From assembly GCA_012295275.1 (NCBI GenBank), contig CM022677.1, positions 1,550,001-1,614,000 on the forward strand: DNA of 64,000 nt, given 5' to 3'. The notes beneath the pieces were generated by a model. The model was not told the DNA's origin and ran no database searches. It saw only the letters and a list, made by a program, of their open reading frames with translations. Shown here piece by piece: positions 31,560 through 47,677 of the stretch (positions are counted from its first letter, which is position 1; each line of letters opens with the position of its first letter). The stretch comes from Chrysomallon squamiferum. Taxonomy: Eukaryota > Animalia > Mollusca. The position numbers were made by a program, and so were the translations under genes.

Positions 31560-32410
31560 TCAGAACGAGAACATGCGAATTACATTTTTACTAAACATAT
31601 TACAAAATTCACATTTAACTGAATCTTTTTATACGATATAATACCAAATGTTTGTTATTAAGACAAATAATAAATTCTTGTACTGAAAGTTAGCTTCCCA
31701 CCATTTGTCACAGAACTCTGTACCAAATTTATACTTTTTTTTTTCCTTTTTTATTTTTTTTTTTTATTAATAGCTAGCATCAAGACACTATAAAATATAA
31801 AATTGTGGTCTTAAGTTATATTTTCTTTTCTACAAAATTAAACATGAAATCCAGTTGTCGTTAGCAAAAAGAGCTTTTAAAAATAAAATTCCTTTCTTTG
31901 CCACTGTCTTATAATAAGCTGATTTATTATCAGTTTTAATGCGAACATTATATTATAATCTATTGACGTAGTATTTTTATCTTCTCTCATGCTTTCACGT
32001 TTCTCTAGAAAGTATGACCAGATATGTAATACATTTTTCCAAAAGGAATTTGTGCGTTTCAACAATTTTGCTTCACTGTAGGCTGACCCTAAAACTAATA
32101 TCAGTGAAGCTTTTCATAATAAACAGTTACTCGAAAGAGAGGCAATGTCTTGGCTAAAATTTATATCTTTAATCCACGATATCTTTACCCATTAAAAAGT
32201 CACTTAAACAACCATTTTGATAATAATTGGGCAGCGGGTGTTTGTTTTTTTCTAGCTATTGTATCGTGGTTTTTTATTCCAAATAAACTGAAATTATTAA
32301 AGAAATGGGTTTGTAATATTTTAAAGAAATAGTTTGTTGGATTTGGCAGTAAAGAAAAAAGTAAACAATTTTCGATAAAACTAAACTTTTGATTGCAGTA
32401 ATTTTTCATA
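31560..32410 (-). mobile_element. Decayed L1/Tx1-type LINE ORF2 C-terminal fragment (partial second copy 34190-34592)
   Basis: Peptides LLPNPTNYFFKILQTHFF...DTIARK, NSFWKNVLHIW and QWQRKEFYF...KYNL resemble the post-RT region of L1/Tx1 ORF2. Confidence 0.7.
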
Positions 32411-32439
32411 CGTAAGTTATAAACGTAATAATAATAATA

Positions 32440-32879
32440 ATAATAAATATAACAACAACATCAACAACATCATCAACAACAACAATAATAATAACAAATA
32501 TTTTTTACAGTATACTGAATATGAGTGTACATGTCTTATTTCTCTGACGAGGCTTGCATGACCAGTTTCAATGTAATCTAACACTGACTGTTTGCTTGTT
32601 ATGTAGGTCATATAAAAACAGCGTGTCACTGCTACACGAGACACACAAAGATATACTCGGGTGTTATTTACAGCGATCTGACAAGTTAATTGTTACTACA
32701 CTGTCTGTCCATAAGTGTAGAAAGACAATAAAGACAACCGCCAAACAAACTCGTAAATAATAATAATAACAAAAAATATATGAGATAATATGATCAAATC
32801 CTCTAGTGGCACTTTCCATAGACAACCAACAATAGTAGTAGTACTACAACAACAACAACAACTACTACTACTACTACTA

Positions 32880-32911
<32 letters not shown>

Positions 32912-33891
32912 ATAATAATAATAATAATAATAAAAACTAATACAAATTATATGAGATAATATTATCACATCCTCTAATTACACCTTCCATATACCAGATG
33001 GCAAGAATCATTTAGGAGTTTGTTATATGGCGATAATGTTTCTTCTTTTTTCTTTTTGGATGTTTTCCATTGTAGATGAAAACAAATACAATAACGTTTT
33101 ATACCCTGGCTGGAACGGGTGACAGACCAACCAACGTTAGGTAACAAGGAAGGAACGAATGAAGAAAAGAAGAAACAATGAAAGGAACACACACCTTCAA
33201 ATTTCAAAATGGCCGACTACTTCTGTATAATGCGTGTTGTTTGTGCGTGGTTTTCTAGAGAGCTGACGCCTTTCTGTTTGACAAGATCACTTAACACTTT
33301 TTTGTGTTTTGCTCTTTTACAAAGTCGCCTGTTGCTAATCACGTGACTGAAATTAGATATTGTACAAGTCACACCACGTATGTCGGTAGATACATGCAGA
33401 TGTTTTATTATAATTTGTGTAAACCTGTTAAATAAATTTAAAAAAAAAGAAGAAGAAAAACAAACAGAAAAAAAGATATTTATTTTGTCATTACTTATTT
33501 TGTCTGTAAAATATTTATATTATTTCTAACTCAGTATATCGATGAAAAAAGTTATGTTAACAAGTGTCTGTTATCTAGGTCAGATAAGAATAGCGTGTCA
33601 GTTGTGTTGGCGACAAGAAACGTTTTACTACGATCGTGAAATATGCAATGTAATGGTGAATCAGAGTACACGGGACACTCATTTATTTGTAAGTGTTATG
33701 AGTCAGAGCGATCTAAACACAGGGGTGACAAATACAACCTTTATTATGTTTAGTATCATTGTGGTAATATTGTTTGTTTGTTTGTTTATTTATTTATTTA
33801 TTTATTTTACTTTCTTCTTATCTTTTCTTTTATTTGACTACAAATGATACATACCTCTCATACAGATTTATAAGAAATATCGATAAAATAT

Positions 33892-33939
<48 letters not shown>

Positions 33940-34028
33940 TATAATACAACTAAAACAAGCTAATATAAAAGTAAAAGTAAATTAATGTGTTAAAATACAG
34001 AAGTCACCACAACATTAGTAAAAACCAC

Positions 34029-34060
<32 letters not shown>

Positions 34061-34592
34061 GAAGAAGAAGAAGAAGAAGAAGAAGAAGAAGAAGAATTAA
34101 CATGTTTTAGACATAAAAAAATATTTGATCACATAAATAAAAGTATATATTATTGTAAGAAACATACAAAAACAAAATAGAAAAATAGATCAGAGCGAGA
34201 ACATGCGTATTACATTTTCACTAAACATATTACAAAATTCACATTTAACTGAATCTTTTTATACGATATAATACCAAATGTTTGTTATTAAGACAAATAA
34301 TAAATTCTTGTACTGAAAGTTAGCTTCCCACCATTTGTCACAGAACTCTGTACCAAATTTATACTTTTCTCTTTTCCTTTTTTATTTTTATTTTTTATTA
34401 ATAGCTAGCATCAAGACACTATAAAATATAAAATTGTGGTCTTAAGTTATATTTTCTTTTCTGCAAAATTAAACATGAAATCCAGTTGTCGTTAGCAAAA
34501 AGAGCTTTTAAAAATAAAATTCCTTTCTTTGCCACATATGCTTTCACGTTTCTCTAGAAAGTATGACCAGATATGTAATACATTTTTCCAAA
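32440..34592 (+). repeat. Tandem segmental duplication, copy 2 of 29245-32042 (with internal deletions)
   Basis: See copy 1. Lacks the segment carrying the 30056-30139 micro-exon. Confidence 0.92.
33195..33350 (-). promoter_or_regulatory. Duplicated promoter/first-exon cassette
   Basis: GTCGGCCATTTTGAAATTTGAAG|GTGTGT, E-box at ~33340; near-identical to 30602-30760. Confidence 0.5.
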
Positions 34593-34719
34593 ATGGAAAA
34601 CTATTTCACGTTGGCAGCTGCACAAGCTGGAGTTGCTGTGTGATGCTATATTGTATTATCAGATGGAAAATGTATCTATCTATCTATCTGTCTATCTATC
34701 TATCTCTCTATCTATCTAT

Positions 34720-34754
<35 letters not shown>

Positions 34755-34794
34755 TTAGTACTGTAATACCCATAACGTAACCAGCGACATGAAT

Positions 34795-34880
34795 TTGGAT
34801 TAACCTCGATCGGTAGAGCCTTTCTAGTGCGATACTTGACACATAGGATCGAAACTTCTTAGTGGACCCATTGGTTTGAA
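34795..34880 (+). mobile_element. Possible decayed tRNA-derived SINE head
   Basis: A-box-like TAACCTCGATCGGTAGAGC and B-box-like GGATCGAAAC at tRNA-like spacing; no intact cloverleaf. Confidence 0.4.
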
Positions 34881-34890
34881 TTGTTTCTTT

Positions 34891-35020
<130 letters not shown>

Positions 35021-35587
35021 GGCATTGAAGATGAATTACATTTTGCATCAAAATGTTTATTTTATGTAATTTAATTTGTAACTACGTATATATAACAACT
35101 ATATGTTTATATTTTTTATTATCCTACTTCTTACGTTTAATTTTTTTATTCCTGTGTTTGTATACTATAATCTATTATACAACTGTTTCTGTTTTAAAAC
35201 TGTATTCTTGCCTGTCTTGTGTTTATAGTCATGCTGGCTTTGGCAAATAAATAAACTGAACAGAAATTGAATTGTAGTAGTAGTAATAGCTGCGGTACAC
35301 TATCATCTCGTTGTTACCTTTTGACTGCGCACACCGTCAACCAGGTAAAACGTCAATTAATGAGTACTGGGACATCGTCAGATCATAACTGGTAAATTTC
35401 AACAGACAAATGTCCCGCTAAGTAGACACAATTTTGAGATCATTTACAGAAGTTGTCCACTTCGCGGGCCATAACCAACAACAGCTGGGAGAACAGCAGC
35501 GATACTAGTTTGTACGAAATGATACATAACGATTTTTTCCGCATAACATTGCAAGTCATTACTATTTCCTCCTTTGCAAGTCATTTT

Positions 35588-35618
<31 letters not shown>

Positions 35619-35782
35619 CAGATATAGATAGATATATACATAACGAATTTTTTTCATATTTATGTGTCGTCTGCAGTGTGTGTCTAACATTAGCCGCGTT
35701 TCTATTTTATAGACAAGGGGAGAGAAGTGTTCTCCTTTCTGGTATATGGTGTGTGTGTGTGTCTGTGTGTGTGTGTGTGTGT

Positions 35783-35862
<80 letters not shown>

Positions 35863-37403
35863 CGAAAGAAAAATATTTACTATTTTATTTAACTTTAAAA
35901 CATTCAGTTTTAACAACCTGTGTAAAAGGCAATTACATAAGCTCAATTTAATTATATATATAAATGTTAGAGAGGAAAACGTGTACTGACTCAACTGCTC
36001 TGAAAGAAGTCAACTGAAATTACATGATATGAACAGTATGTACAAGGAGATGACTCTTGAAGCATTATACCGTGTTTACTCCAAATTTACCCTGCACACC
36101 CTGTGTCCCTCTCTCACACCTAGACTACTGATTTGAAGTAAGCGCTCTAATTATCAGACACTTCTTTCCTCTGACCACATTCTACACTAACTTCTGAATT
36201 GTTTCAGTGTATTAATAAAGATTAGTATTACTAATAGACACATGTTATAGCGTAATGCAATATGTTTCCACAACATAATAAAAATAAATCATTTGTGTCA
36301 GCGTCGAAATGAAGATACTCACGTGTATTAATAAATATTATTATTACTAATAGATACATATTATATCATAAGTGCAATATGGTTTTAGCGTCGAAATGAA
36401 GATACTTGATACAGACTATAACACGAATACAATAGACTGACCATAGTTAATCCCACTGAACCGAACTCCCACCTAGCCAAAACCCAATGTTGTTGTAATA
36501 GATTGATTTGGTTAGGTTTTTGTCTAGATGGGATGACACCCACCCTCCACTCTAACCAGTGAGTATAACACAAACAAATTATAAAGAACATAACTTAATT
36601 ACTAGTTTATTTTTATAATATCAACAAAAACTACAAAAACAACAACAACAACAACAACAATAATAATAATAATAACAATAATAATAATAAAGTTTCCTTA
36701 CCTTTGTCTTAAGAAATGAAAAATTAACACCGGGAGAAAAATGCTCGTCTATTAGTCTGCAGTGTCAGTTGTGAGTGCGGGGAAGTTGGCAATGACAGAC
36801 GACACACTGTGAGAGGAACATACCAATTCTGACAAAGAAGGGGTGGGAGCTTTGAACATTTCTGTACTCTTCTTTCTTCTGAGAACAAAAAAATAATCGT
36901 GAAATTTTAAGTTCTTGTGGTACAGTAAACAGGAGTAAAAATAAAAAAGTTTCTCGACATATTTTGTGCACTTATTTAATTTATAAAATGCTGGATACAA
37001 TTTATCACACATGTAGTAATAATGGACATAGCAACTGGTTCGTAGAACAGAGAAAGATAATCTATTTACCCGCCAACATTATATCTTGTTTAAACTTGAA
37101 TAGTGAACTGGCGGTATGAGGTCCTTTCGTAAGATATACAAATAAACTGTACGAATAAATAAATAAAAAACAAAAAACAAAAAAAAGGATTTATTTCATT
37201 CTATTTAAAATAAATAAATAAACGATTAAAGTCATGATATAACATTATATATTCATAAGAAAGAATGCAAATGCCATCATTCATCATTTAAGGACCGATT
37301 TCAGTTACTATGACTACGTCATTAAGCACCTTTGTACATTTATATCGTTGTATTATATTTTTAAATGTTTGTACAATAGAAAATAGGAAACAGCCTAGAG
37401 GAA

Positions 37404-37493
<90 letters not shown>

Positions 37494-38288
37494 TAACTAT
37501 TTCATTAATATTATTATTAACGTTATAATGTTTTCTGAGTTGCTGTTGTATATCTGTCGGATTGTTTGTGTTTCAATTTTATTTCTCATCATTAATTTAC
37601 CATTAATCGAACATACTGGTTGCTGTTTAATGTGCCAGATCCTCTCAGTCAAACAATTTAGTTTTTTTGTTGCATTTGTTCAAGTGAGCCGAGAACTTGT
37701 CTGATCTTTCTTGTTCTTGTGATTACTTCAAATTTTTAAAATTTCTTTGAACTCCTCAATTTTAAACTGACATTGCTGATAAATGTGAATAGATATATGT
37801 TTGATTTATTTATTTATTAATTTATTTATTTATGTGTTTGTTTTTTTTTTTTTTTTTTCTCTCTTTTTTTTAAACAGTTTATTAAATTAAAAAATCATCA
37901 GCAATTAACCACATTTATTACCTGGAATATTCTATAATCCACCAATATTTTGTATTGTGTCGAATATGAGACAAATTTGAAATACAGTCTGTCTGTCTGT
38001 GTGAACATTTTCACTAGTTTTCTCTACTTTTCAGCCAGAGATCAAAGATCAGCTTAAATGTGAACAGAACTTTTACTATACCATGTTTTATGACGTGTGA
38101 AATTATCATTTATTACCTTTATTTTCTAAAAGAAGAAGTGCTATAGAATCGAGATCAGATCACTTTAACTTTTTCCCATGACACCTAGCGGTGACCTATT
38201 TGAGTTCATTTTAATTTTACAACTCTTAAACGTCATTATCATGATGATGATGATGATGATGATGATGATAATAATAATAATAATAATA

Positions 38289-38327
<39 letters not shown>

Positions 38328-40393
38328 TTAAATTGCCTCAGTCCAACAGACACATTGAAATAATCGTCTCTGTTAAACACAACTGTTCTTGTATAAACGC
38401 CACAATTGTTATGAATACGATATTTTTAGACTTATGTAATTCAGGTTTTATCTCTCTCTGAATTGAAGCGACAGATTCTATTCTGAACATGAATCATTTA
38501 TTTACATAACACTGCATTTCCTTCAGTCACTTTCACACACGTGAATATAGTGATCATTGTACTCTGTTTTTGATATAAAATGAAATGTCACTCTCTCACG
38601 ACACTGTGTGTAATAAAGTTTAATGTTCGACATGAATCGCTGTCATCTTATAAACTATTTCTTAACACATTTCTTACGACGCTTATTAAAGGTTAAACTC
38701 GTAGCTTTTTTATTTTATTTATTTATTTCTATGTTTTCATTTACTTATTAACTACATCAAATCAATAAATACGAACTTTATTTGTGTAGTGATGTGTAAC
38801 ATTTCTGTTCTTTGCACGTATCAGTGAGACAGAATCTATCTATCTGTCTATCTGTTTATCTATCTATATCATCAAAGTTGCTGTTACTGTTTTTATTGCG
38901 TTAAAACTCAAGTGTGTATGTGTGTGTGTGTGTGTGTGAGTGTGAGTGTGTGAAAGTGATTTGCATTGTAAACTATTTTAAAAAGATGACGTTACAGTAT
39001 TGATTTTAGCACCTACAAACACCATGTCTCTTTGCTTATAGGTTACGAAGTGTTAGAAAACTTAAATCCAACATGTAAAATAAATAAATAAATAAGTAAA
39101 ACAAGAAAGAAACAAAGAAACAAATAAAGAACCAAAAATAATACAAAATGGCATAAAAATATATGGTTTTGTTCCTAATCCTAAAAACACTGAAGCCTCA
39201 GTACTGGCCCTGTTCCCCTCCTCTGTGATTATTGTGAATCAGTCCCTTGATCCAACTAACTCGAGCAGACAAAAGAAAATACCGAATATAATTTGTAGTA
39301 CCTGATTTCAAACACATGTCTTGAGAACAACGGCGAAGTATCCAATATAGTATCTAGTTACGTTTTTGAGATATCAGTTATAATGTTTTGTTGCTTGGAT
39401 GTATTAACGAGAGAAGGGGTCAAAGATCATCCTTCATATCTGTGAATAGAACATTTTATGCAATGCATCATTCAGTAGTAGTATTAATAATAATAACAAT
39501 ACTAACAGTAATTATAATATTTATAATAATAATAACAATAACTACAGCAACACCAACGAAAATAGGATTAATGATAAAAACAACACAACAGAAAAAGAAC
39601 AAAAGTAATAATGACTGGTTGAGACAAAATTTGTAAAAAAAAAAAAAAAAAAAAAAGAATGGAAGTAGAAAATAATATCACATAAATTCAAAATGCGTTG
39701 CTAATCTAATTCAGTAAATGTTATTATTCTCAGTCGACAGATTACTTTAATTCCCAGTCTAACACTGAATTATTACATACCAAGTATTGTTAGAAATACA
39801 GCTACTTTCTAATCAGTTTGTCTACCACGTTTTGAGAAGAAAAGATTAAATATTATGTCAGTACCATTAATAACTTGAAAAACATACACAATTGTGTTCT
39901 AAGAATTTTAACAACACGTTATTATGTATCTTACTAGTTTTGTTTTATTTCCACATTTTAAATTTTTTTTCTTTCTTTTTCACAAAGATGTTACGTTTTT
40001 AATTTGGCATACATAATTAATTAATTTTATAAACTGACTGTCACAGTCTCTAACAATACATTAATAAGACACAACAACTGGTTTGTAGATGGACAGTGTA
40101 AAATAATACATTTCAGCACGTGAAATATAAATCTTGCTTAAATTTGAAAACTTAACTGGCGAGTATCGTGTCTTGTAAATTGTACGAATGAAAAACGATA
40201 CGCATAATAATAATAATAATAATACAAACACTTTTTGTTTGTGAATATTAAAACCTGTGCAGTGAATCATATCTCTACAGATAGTGAAAGCACAACTAAA
40301 AAATCAACTGTTTTATCAAAGTGGTTTCTTCTTGTCTTGTTTGTTTTTATTTTTTTTTTTGGACTGCAATTCAATACACAATAAAATAATATT

Positions 40394-40434
<41 letters not shown>

Positions 40435-40605
40435 ATTATTATTAACACAGAAACAGTTAGTACCCTCATGTAAAAAAAAAAATATATATATATAACATAC
40501 AGTCTTTGAGTACAGCCTGTTTTCTTTATATCTGCTCTCTCATTTTCGTGTTTGAGAGATGAACCAAGAAATAGTTAATACTCTCTTGTGTAAGAAAGTT
40601 GAAAA

Positions 40606-40668
<63 letters not shown>

Positions 40669-40687
40669 ATATTTATATTTATATATG

Positions 40688-42228
<1,541 letters not shown>

Positions 42229-43191
42229 AATGCGTAGGTAAATAATATGTTTTAAGTTTACTAGACATGAAATTTAGATCTATTCATTCGTTAATATTTT
42301 TTGTTTCTGTTTACTTTTTTTATTTCGCTTTAAATTATATATAAAAAAATGTTCGTAAATTATACATTGTTGAACATGGAAATATGAACTGTTGTGTGAT
42401 TTATTTACCAGTTTTATTTTGTCCAGATTTGTATAACACATGCAAGTAATTATGTTTTACTTAGAATTTACTAGACACAAAATTTGCAACTGTTTGTTTA
42501 TTTATTTGTTTATGTGTAAGATGTAAATAAATGAAAATCTGATAAATAAATTAATTTGTATTTTTTATCATGAACTTTTACTTGGTTTATTTTTGTATTT
42601 AATTTGTGTTTAAAATGTAAACAGACACCCCGAGCAAAATACTTGATCCAAGATCCGACATTTCTTCGCCGATGATTCAATAAATCGAACATAATCAATC
42701 TGAACTGAATTGCGCGCTTACTCCCGAGTATGCACGTCTAAGGTAACATGACGTCACATACAGGCTGCTTTGTTTCTAGGCAACAGCGTAGTCTAAACAC
42801 GGAAAAAACGGCCAATGTTTCATCAGTTCAGAGAAATGTGTTTCTAATTTGCGGCGGATAATTAGGTGAATTCCTTTCAACAGGTTAAATATTAAACACT
42901 GACATGTTGTACTTAAGATGCCGCCAAGCAGATATATGTTTCATTTTATTTGAAACTTAATGTTTCTTTTTCATTTCTGACAAATAGATATATAAAAAAC
43001 TGTGTTTGTTATATAATGTACAATATTCCGATGATTTTATATAAAGAAAATAAATATTACATTTAGTTTCATACGCAAACCAGACAATCTTTCTCCTTTA
43101 AATAAACTATTTTTCTTTGACATAATAAATAATAAATGAATGAACATTACACAAATTTTATTAAATATACTTAATTTCTGTGCATATTTCC

Positions 43192-43223
<32 letters not shown>

Positions 43224-43369
43224 TAAATAAATAATTTGCGAGCAAAAACTCTGAAAGAGACTGTCGCCTGCATTTTGAGGACGCGATTTGTGATTAATCT
43301 TCTATAACTCTCCATTACGGAATATTTTAACGTAAATAAAACGTTTAATACCATTATTTGTTTCGTTTT

Positions 43370-43575
<206 letters not shown>

Positions 43576-43738
43576 TATTCATGCATTGATCGTGTTCTAT
43601 CACGTTCTGAACGTCGATAATTTTCTTTTTCACAGCGTCATTGAAATAAACCTTACATTTCTATCGCATTCAAATGAATGATCTATTCTCACTGAAAACA
43701 TTAAGAAATTACAGTCAAGGGAGGGTCCATTATTTTTA

Positions 43739-43845
<107 letters not shown>

Positions 43846-44441
43846 TTATATTAGTAAAGCTAGAAATAAACTTCATAACATGCTTCGTTTTGAATATATA
43901 TATATATATATTAATAACGTGTTGTCAGACGTTTAGAATGTAGGGTAAGGGTCGCTGTTTAATGTATCAGATCCTCACAGTCAAACAATCTGTTTTTTGT
44001 TCTGTTTGTTCAAGTGAGCGGAGAGCTTGTCTGAACATATTTAGTATTGTATTGAATATCAGAGACAGCTTTGAATTGCAGTCTGTTTCTCTGTGTGAAA
44101 CTCTTTACACGTATTCTCTGCTTTTCAACATGAGATCTAAGATCAGCTAAATGTCAACAGAACTTTTGTAACATCATGTTTTGTGACAGTGAAAGTATCA
44201 TTTATTACTTTTATTTTCTCAAAGAAAAAGTGCTTCAGATTCGAGATCAGAACGACATTTGACTTCTTCACACGATTAACTGTTCCTTCCCATGACACCT
44301 GGTGGAAACCTACCTGAGTTCAATTTATGTTAATGTATGCTAATTTATTCCTGCCTTAGCAAAATGGTAACACCATGACATACAAAAGCCTTCTGAGACC
44401 TTATATTAATTTTACAATTTTGAAACATTATTATTATTATT

Positions 44442-44510
<69 letters not shown>

Positions 44511-46844
44511 GTTGTTGTTATTATTTTAAATTATCTTGTGTGCTATTATATAAGCAGTCGGACACCCACTGAAATACTCGTCTCTGTTAAACACAACTGT
44601 TCTTGTATAAACGCTACAACTGTTAAAAATACGACTTTCCACTGACCTGTGGTTCAGTCAGGTAGAATGAACAGACAAACTGAGCAGTGTAAAAATACAA
44701 GTTTTAACTCTCTCTGAATACGCGCCACAGCTTCTATTCTTAACATGAATCATTTATTTACATAACACTGCGTTTTCTTCACTCACTACACATAAAATGA
44801 AGGTAGTCGTCGTTGTATTCTTTTTTGATATAAAATAAAAGGTTTCTCTCCCACGACACGTTGTGTCTGCGTGTGCAATAAATTCTAATATTCGACATGA
44901 ATCGCTTTGATATTGTAAAACATTTCTTAACACTTGTATTATGACAAACAAATGTTAATAGCTATTTTATTGAAACCCATAAACAATATTTTTTATTGAC
45001 AGAAAAAAAACTATTCTAACTGCTCTACAGTTTAGAAGCAAAACAATATTTTATACATAACCTTTTTATCACAAAGACAATTATTTGAAAACAGATTTTT
45101 CATACATCAGTTCTGGAGCCATTGGGTTCAACTATTTGGATTTTCCTACTCCAGTATTTTTTAAAACTAAAGAATAAGTACTGATATAAAAATCGTGGTA
45201 AAGTTACCAAGAAAGAATGTAAAATCGTGGCATGTAACTTTTTGTAAGAAATGTGAAAACTGTTTAGATGATAAAACAATGTAACAAAGTTTAAATTTTT
45301 ATTTTACTACGACACAATAAAATTTATTTGGATGGAATACAAGAATAATATGAAACAAATTTTATACTTTGATTTAATTTTTTTTTTTTTCAATCATTTG
45401 ATTTTTATTTTTCACTCAAGTTTCATACATTTCCTACAATCAGATTTATGAAAATAATATTTTATTTTATTTTATTTTTTATAATATATTATATATTATA
45501 TTTACATTTTATTGTTATTGTCATAATATTGTTATTGTTATTATTATTATTATTTATTTTTATTTATTTATTTATTTATTTATTTTTTCGAAACTGATTG
45601 GGTACAGGTTATATGGTTGGATTATGTTAAGAAATGTGTTAGGATAGTATTAAGTCTAGGGTGATAGTGGGGGAGGTGTTAGGATTAGGGTTTTGGCTAT
45701 GGACAGACAGTGAGACGAAATTAATCATAAACTTAATCACAGGCTTAGGTGCACAGATGTAGAGCTAACATTCAGATAAGTAATATCAGAAACGTTGTTA
45801 TATTTAGAGTTAATTCGGGGATGGTATTAGTATTGGTTTAAGGTTAAATATAAAGATAAAATTAGTAATTCCTATAAATATTTTCATGTGAAAATAGTAT
45901 GAATAATATCCTGTTTAGAAACCATCCTGAATTAACACTACCCTCTACAAATCACCAATCTCTGAAATATGTGGAATTTGATGCTGAAAGAGAAACCATT
46001 TTGAAACACTCATTAAACTAACTCAACACCCTATGAACCCTCTTTTGGCTTCATCTTACAATCCTCTTTATGTCCGCCATGACCTGTTTTCTACACCATT
46101 TCTCCCACCTGTAGCGTTCTCTTTACCTGTATTGTCAATACACATTTTAACATCGAACCAGACTGCTTCAAAAGCATTACAATAAGAGTGTTCTAAAAGC
46201 CTTTTTATGAATAACTGAACTTATCGTGTTTCTGCCTTTCATGTAAATGTAATTGAAGATTATGTAATTAGGAGTAATTGGAATTTATCTAAATTTATAA
46301 ATATATATATATAAATTCACCAAAATTTAAAAAAAAAAAAAAAAAAAGCCAAACGAAAAAATTATTTTATCTTTCCTTTTTTATATTATTTATTATATCA
46401 GGGGAAAATCCAGGTTTTCTTGTGGGTAATCATTGTGTAAATATATTTAAAATTTTGTAATTAGGATAAGAAGTGTCTATAATATTTTCTGTGAGAGATA
46501 GAGTAAGAAAGCCAGAGGGAAATGTGTATATCTCATAACTTATTCTTGAGTACTCACTTCTGTCTAATCTCTGTTGGCCTGTCTGTCTGTCTGTCTGTAA
46601 ATAGAAAGGGCTTTCAAATTAATGACACTATTTGAAATTAGAAAAAGTAGCAATACCCTATGTATCCATCTGTTCATCTATCTTCAGTAACTATCTATGT
46701 AGGTATATCTATTTATCATAATCAATCTATCTGTCTATCTATCTAACCAATTAAATGTTATTTTATTAATGTACTAATTAGCCATTCCCTTTGGAAATGT
46801 TGCCACCCTACACCACGGTGAGGTTCAGTAGACGTAGGGGATGT

Positions 46845-47215
46845 TAGTAAGAGTTAGTATATGTTAAATGTTAGTATTTGGTTAATGGTTAGTATTTTGT
46901 TAATATTTAGTATTTGTTAATGGTTAGTATTTGGTTAATGTTAGTATTTTGTTAATATTTAGTATTTGTTAATGGTTAGTATTTGGTTAATGTTAGTATT
47001 TGGTTAATGGTTAGTATTTGGTTAATAGTTAGTATTTGTTAAATGTTAGTATTTGTTAAATGTTAGTATTTGATTAATGGTTAGTATTTGATTAATGGTT
47101 AGTATTTGGTTAGTATTTTGTTAATAGTATTTGTTAAATGTTAGTATTTGGTTAATGGTTAATATTTGTTAATAGTTAGTATTTGTTAAATGTTAGTATT
47201 TGATTAATGGTTAGT
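46845..47215 (+). repeat. 18-19-bp minisatellite (ATGGTTAGTATTTGGTTA variants)
   Basis: Direct tandem units visible in the sequence. Confidence 0.93.
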
Positions 47216-47563
47216 CTCTTTCTCTCTCTGTTTCTGTGTCTCACTCTGACTCTGTCTCTCTGTCTCTCTCTCTCTCTCTCTCTGTGTTTAAATAACGTAT
47301 CAGTATGAAAATACTACATTTTCACAGTGAAATGAAATTTTTATGAAAATATACATACTTACAGTCATAGTGAAACTCAAATTTCTTTCTCTAATCATAA
47401 TAAATAACATACAAATTTTCACTTATCAAAACAGAATTTCATAACAAATTTAAATTCTTGATCTTATTTTTGCTCTGAATAGCATTAATGAAGAAATATT
47501 AAGTTTTTAATAAAGACCATTTTAAATATATGAAATATATTAAGAATGCACAAATATAGATAA

Positions 47564-47598
<35 letters not shown>

Positions 47599-47601
47599 AT
47601 C

Positions 47602-47665
<64 letters not shown>

Positions 47666-47677
47666 TATTAGTCAATT

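Larger units (their letters stand above)
29245..32042 (+). repeat. Tandem segmental duplication, copy 1 (copy 2 at ~32440-34592)
   Basis: Near-identical ORF-track peptides 29247-29441 vs 32417-32644 and 30892-31152 vs 33542-33847. 30600-32042 is colinear with 33190-34592. Confidence 0.92.
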
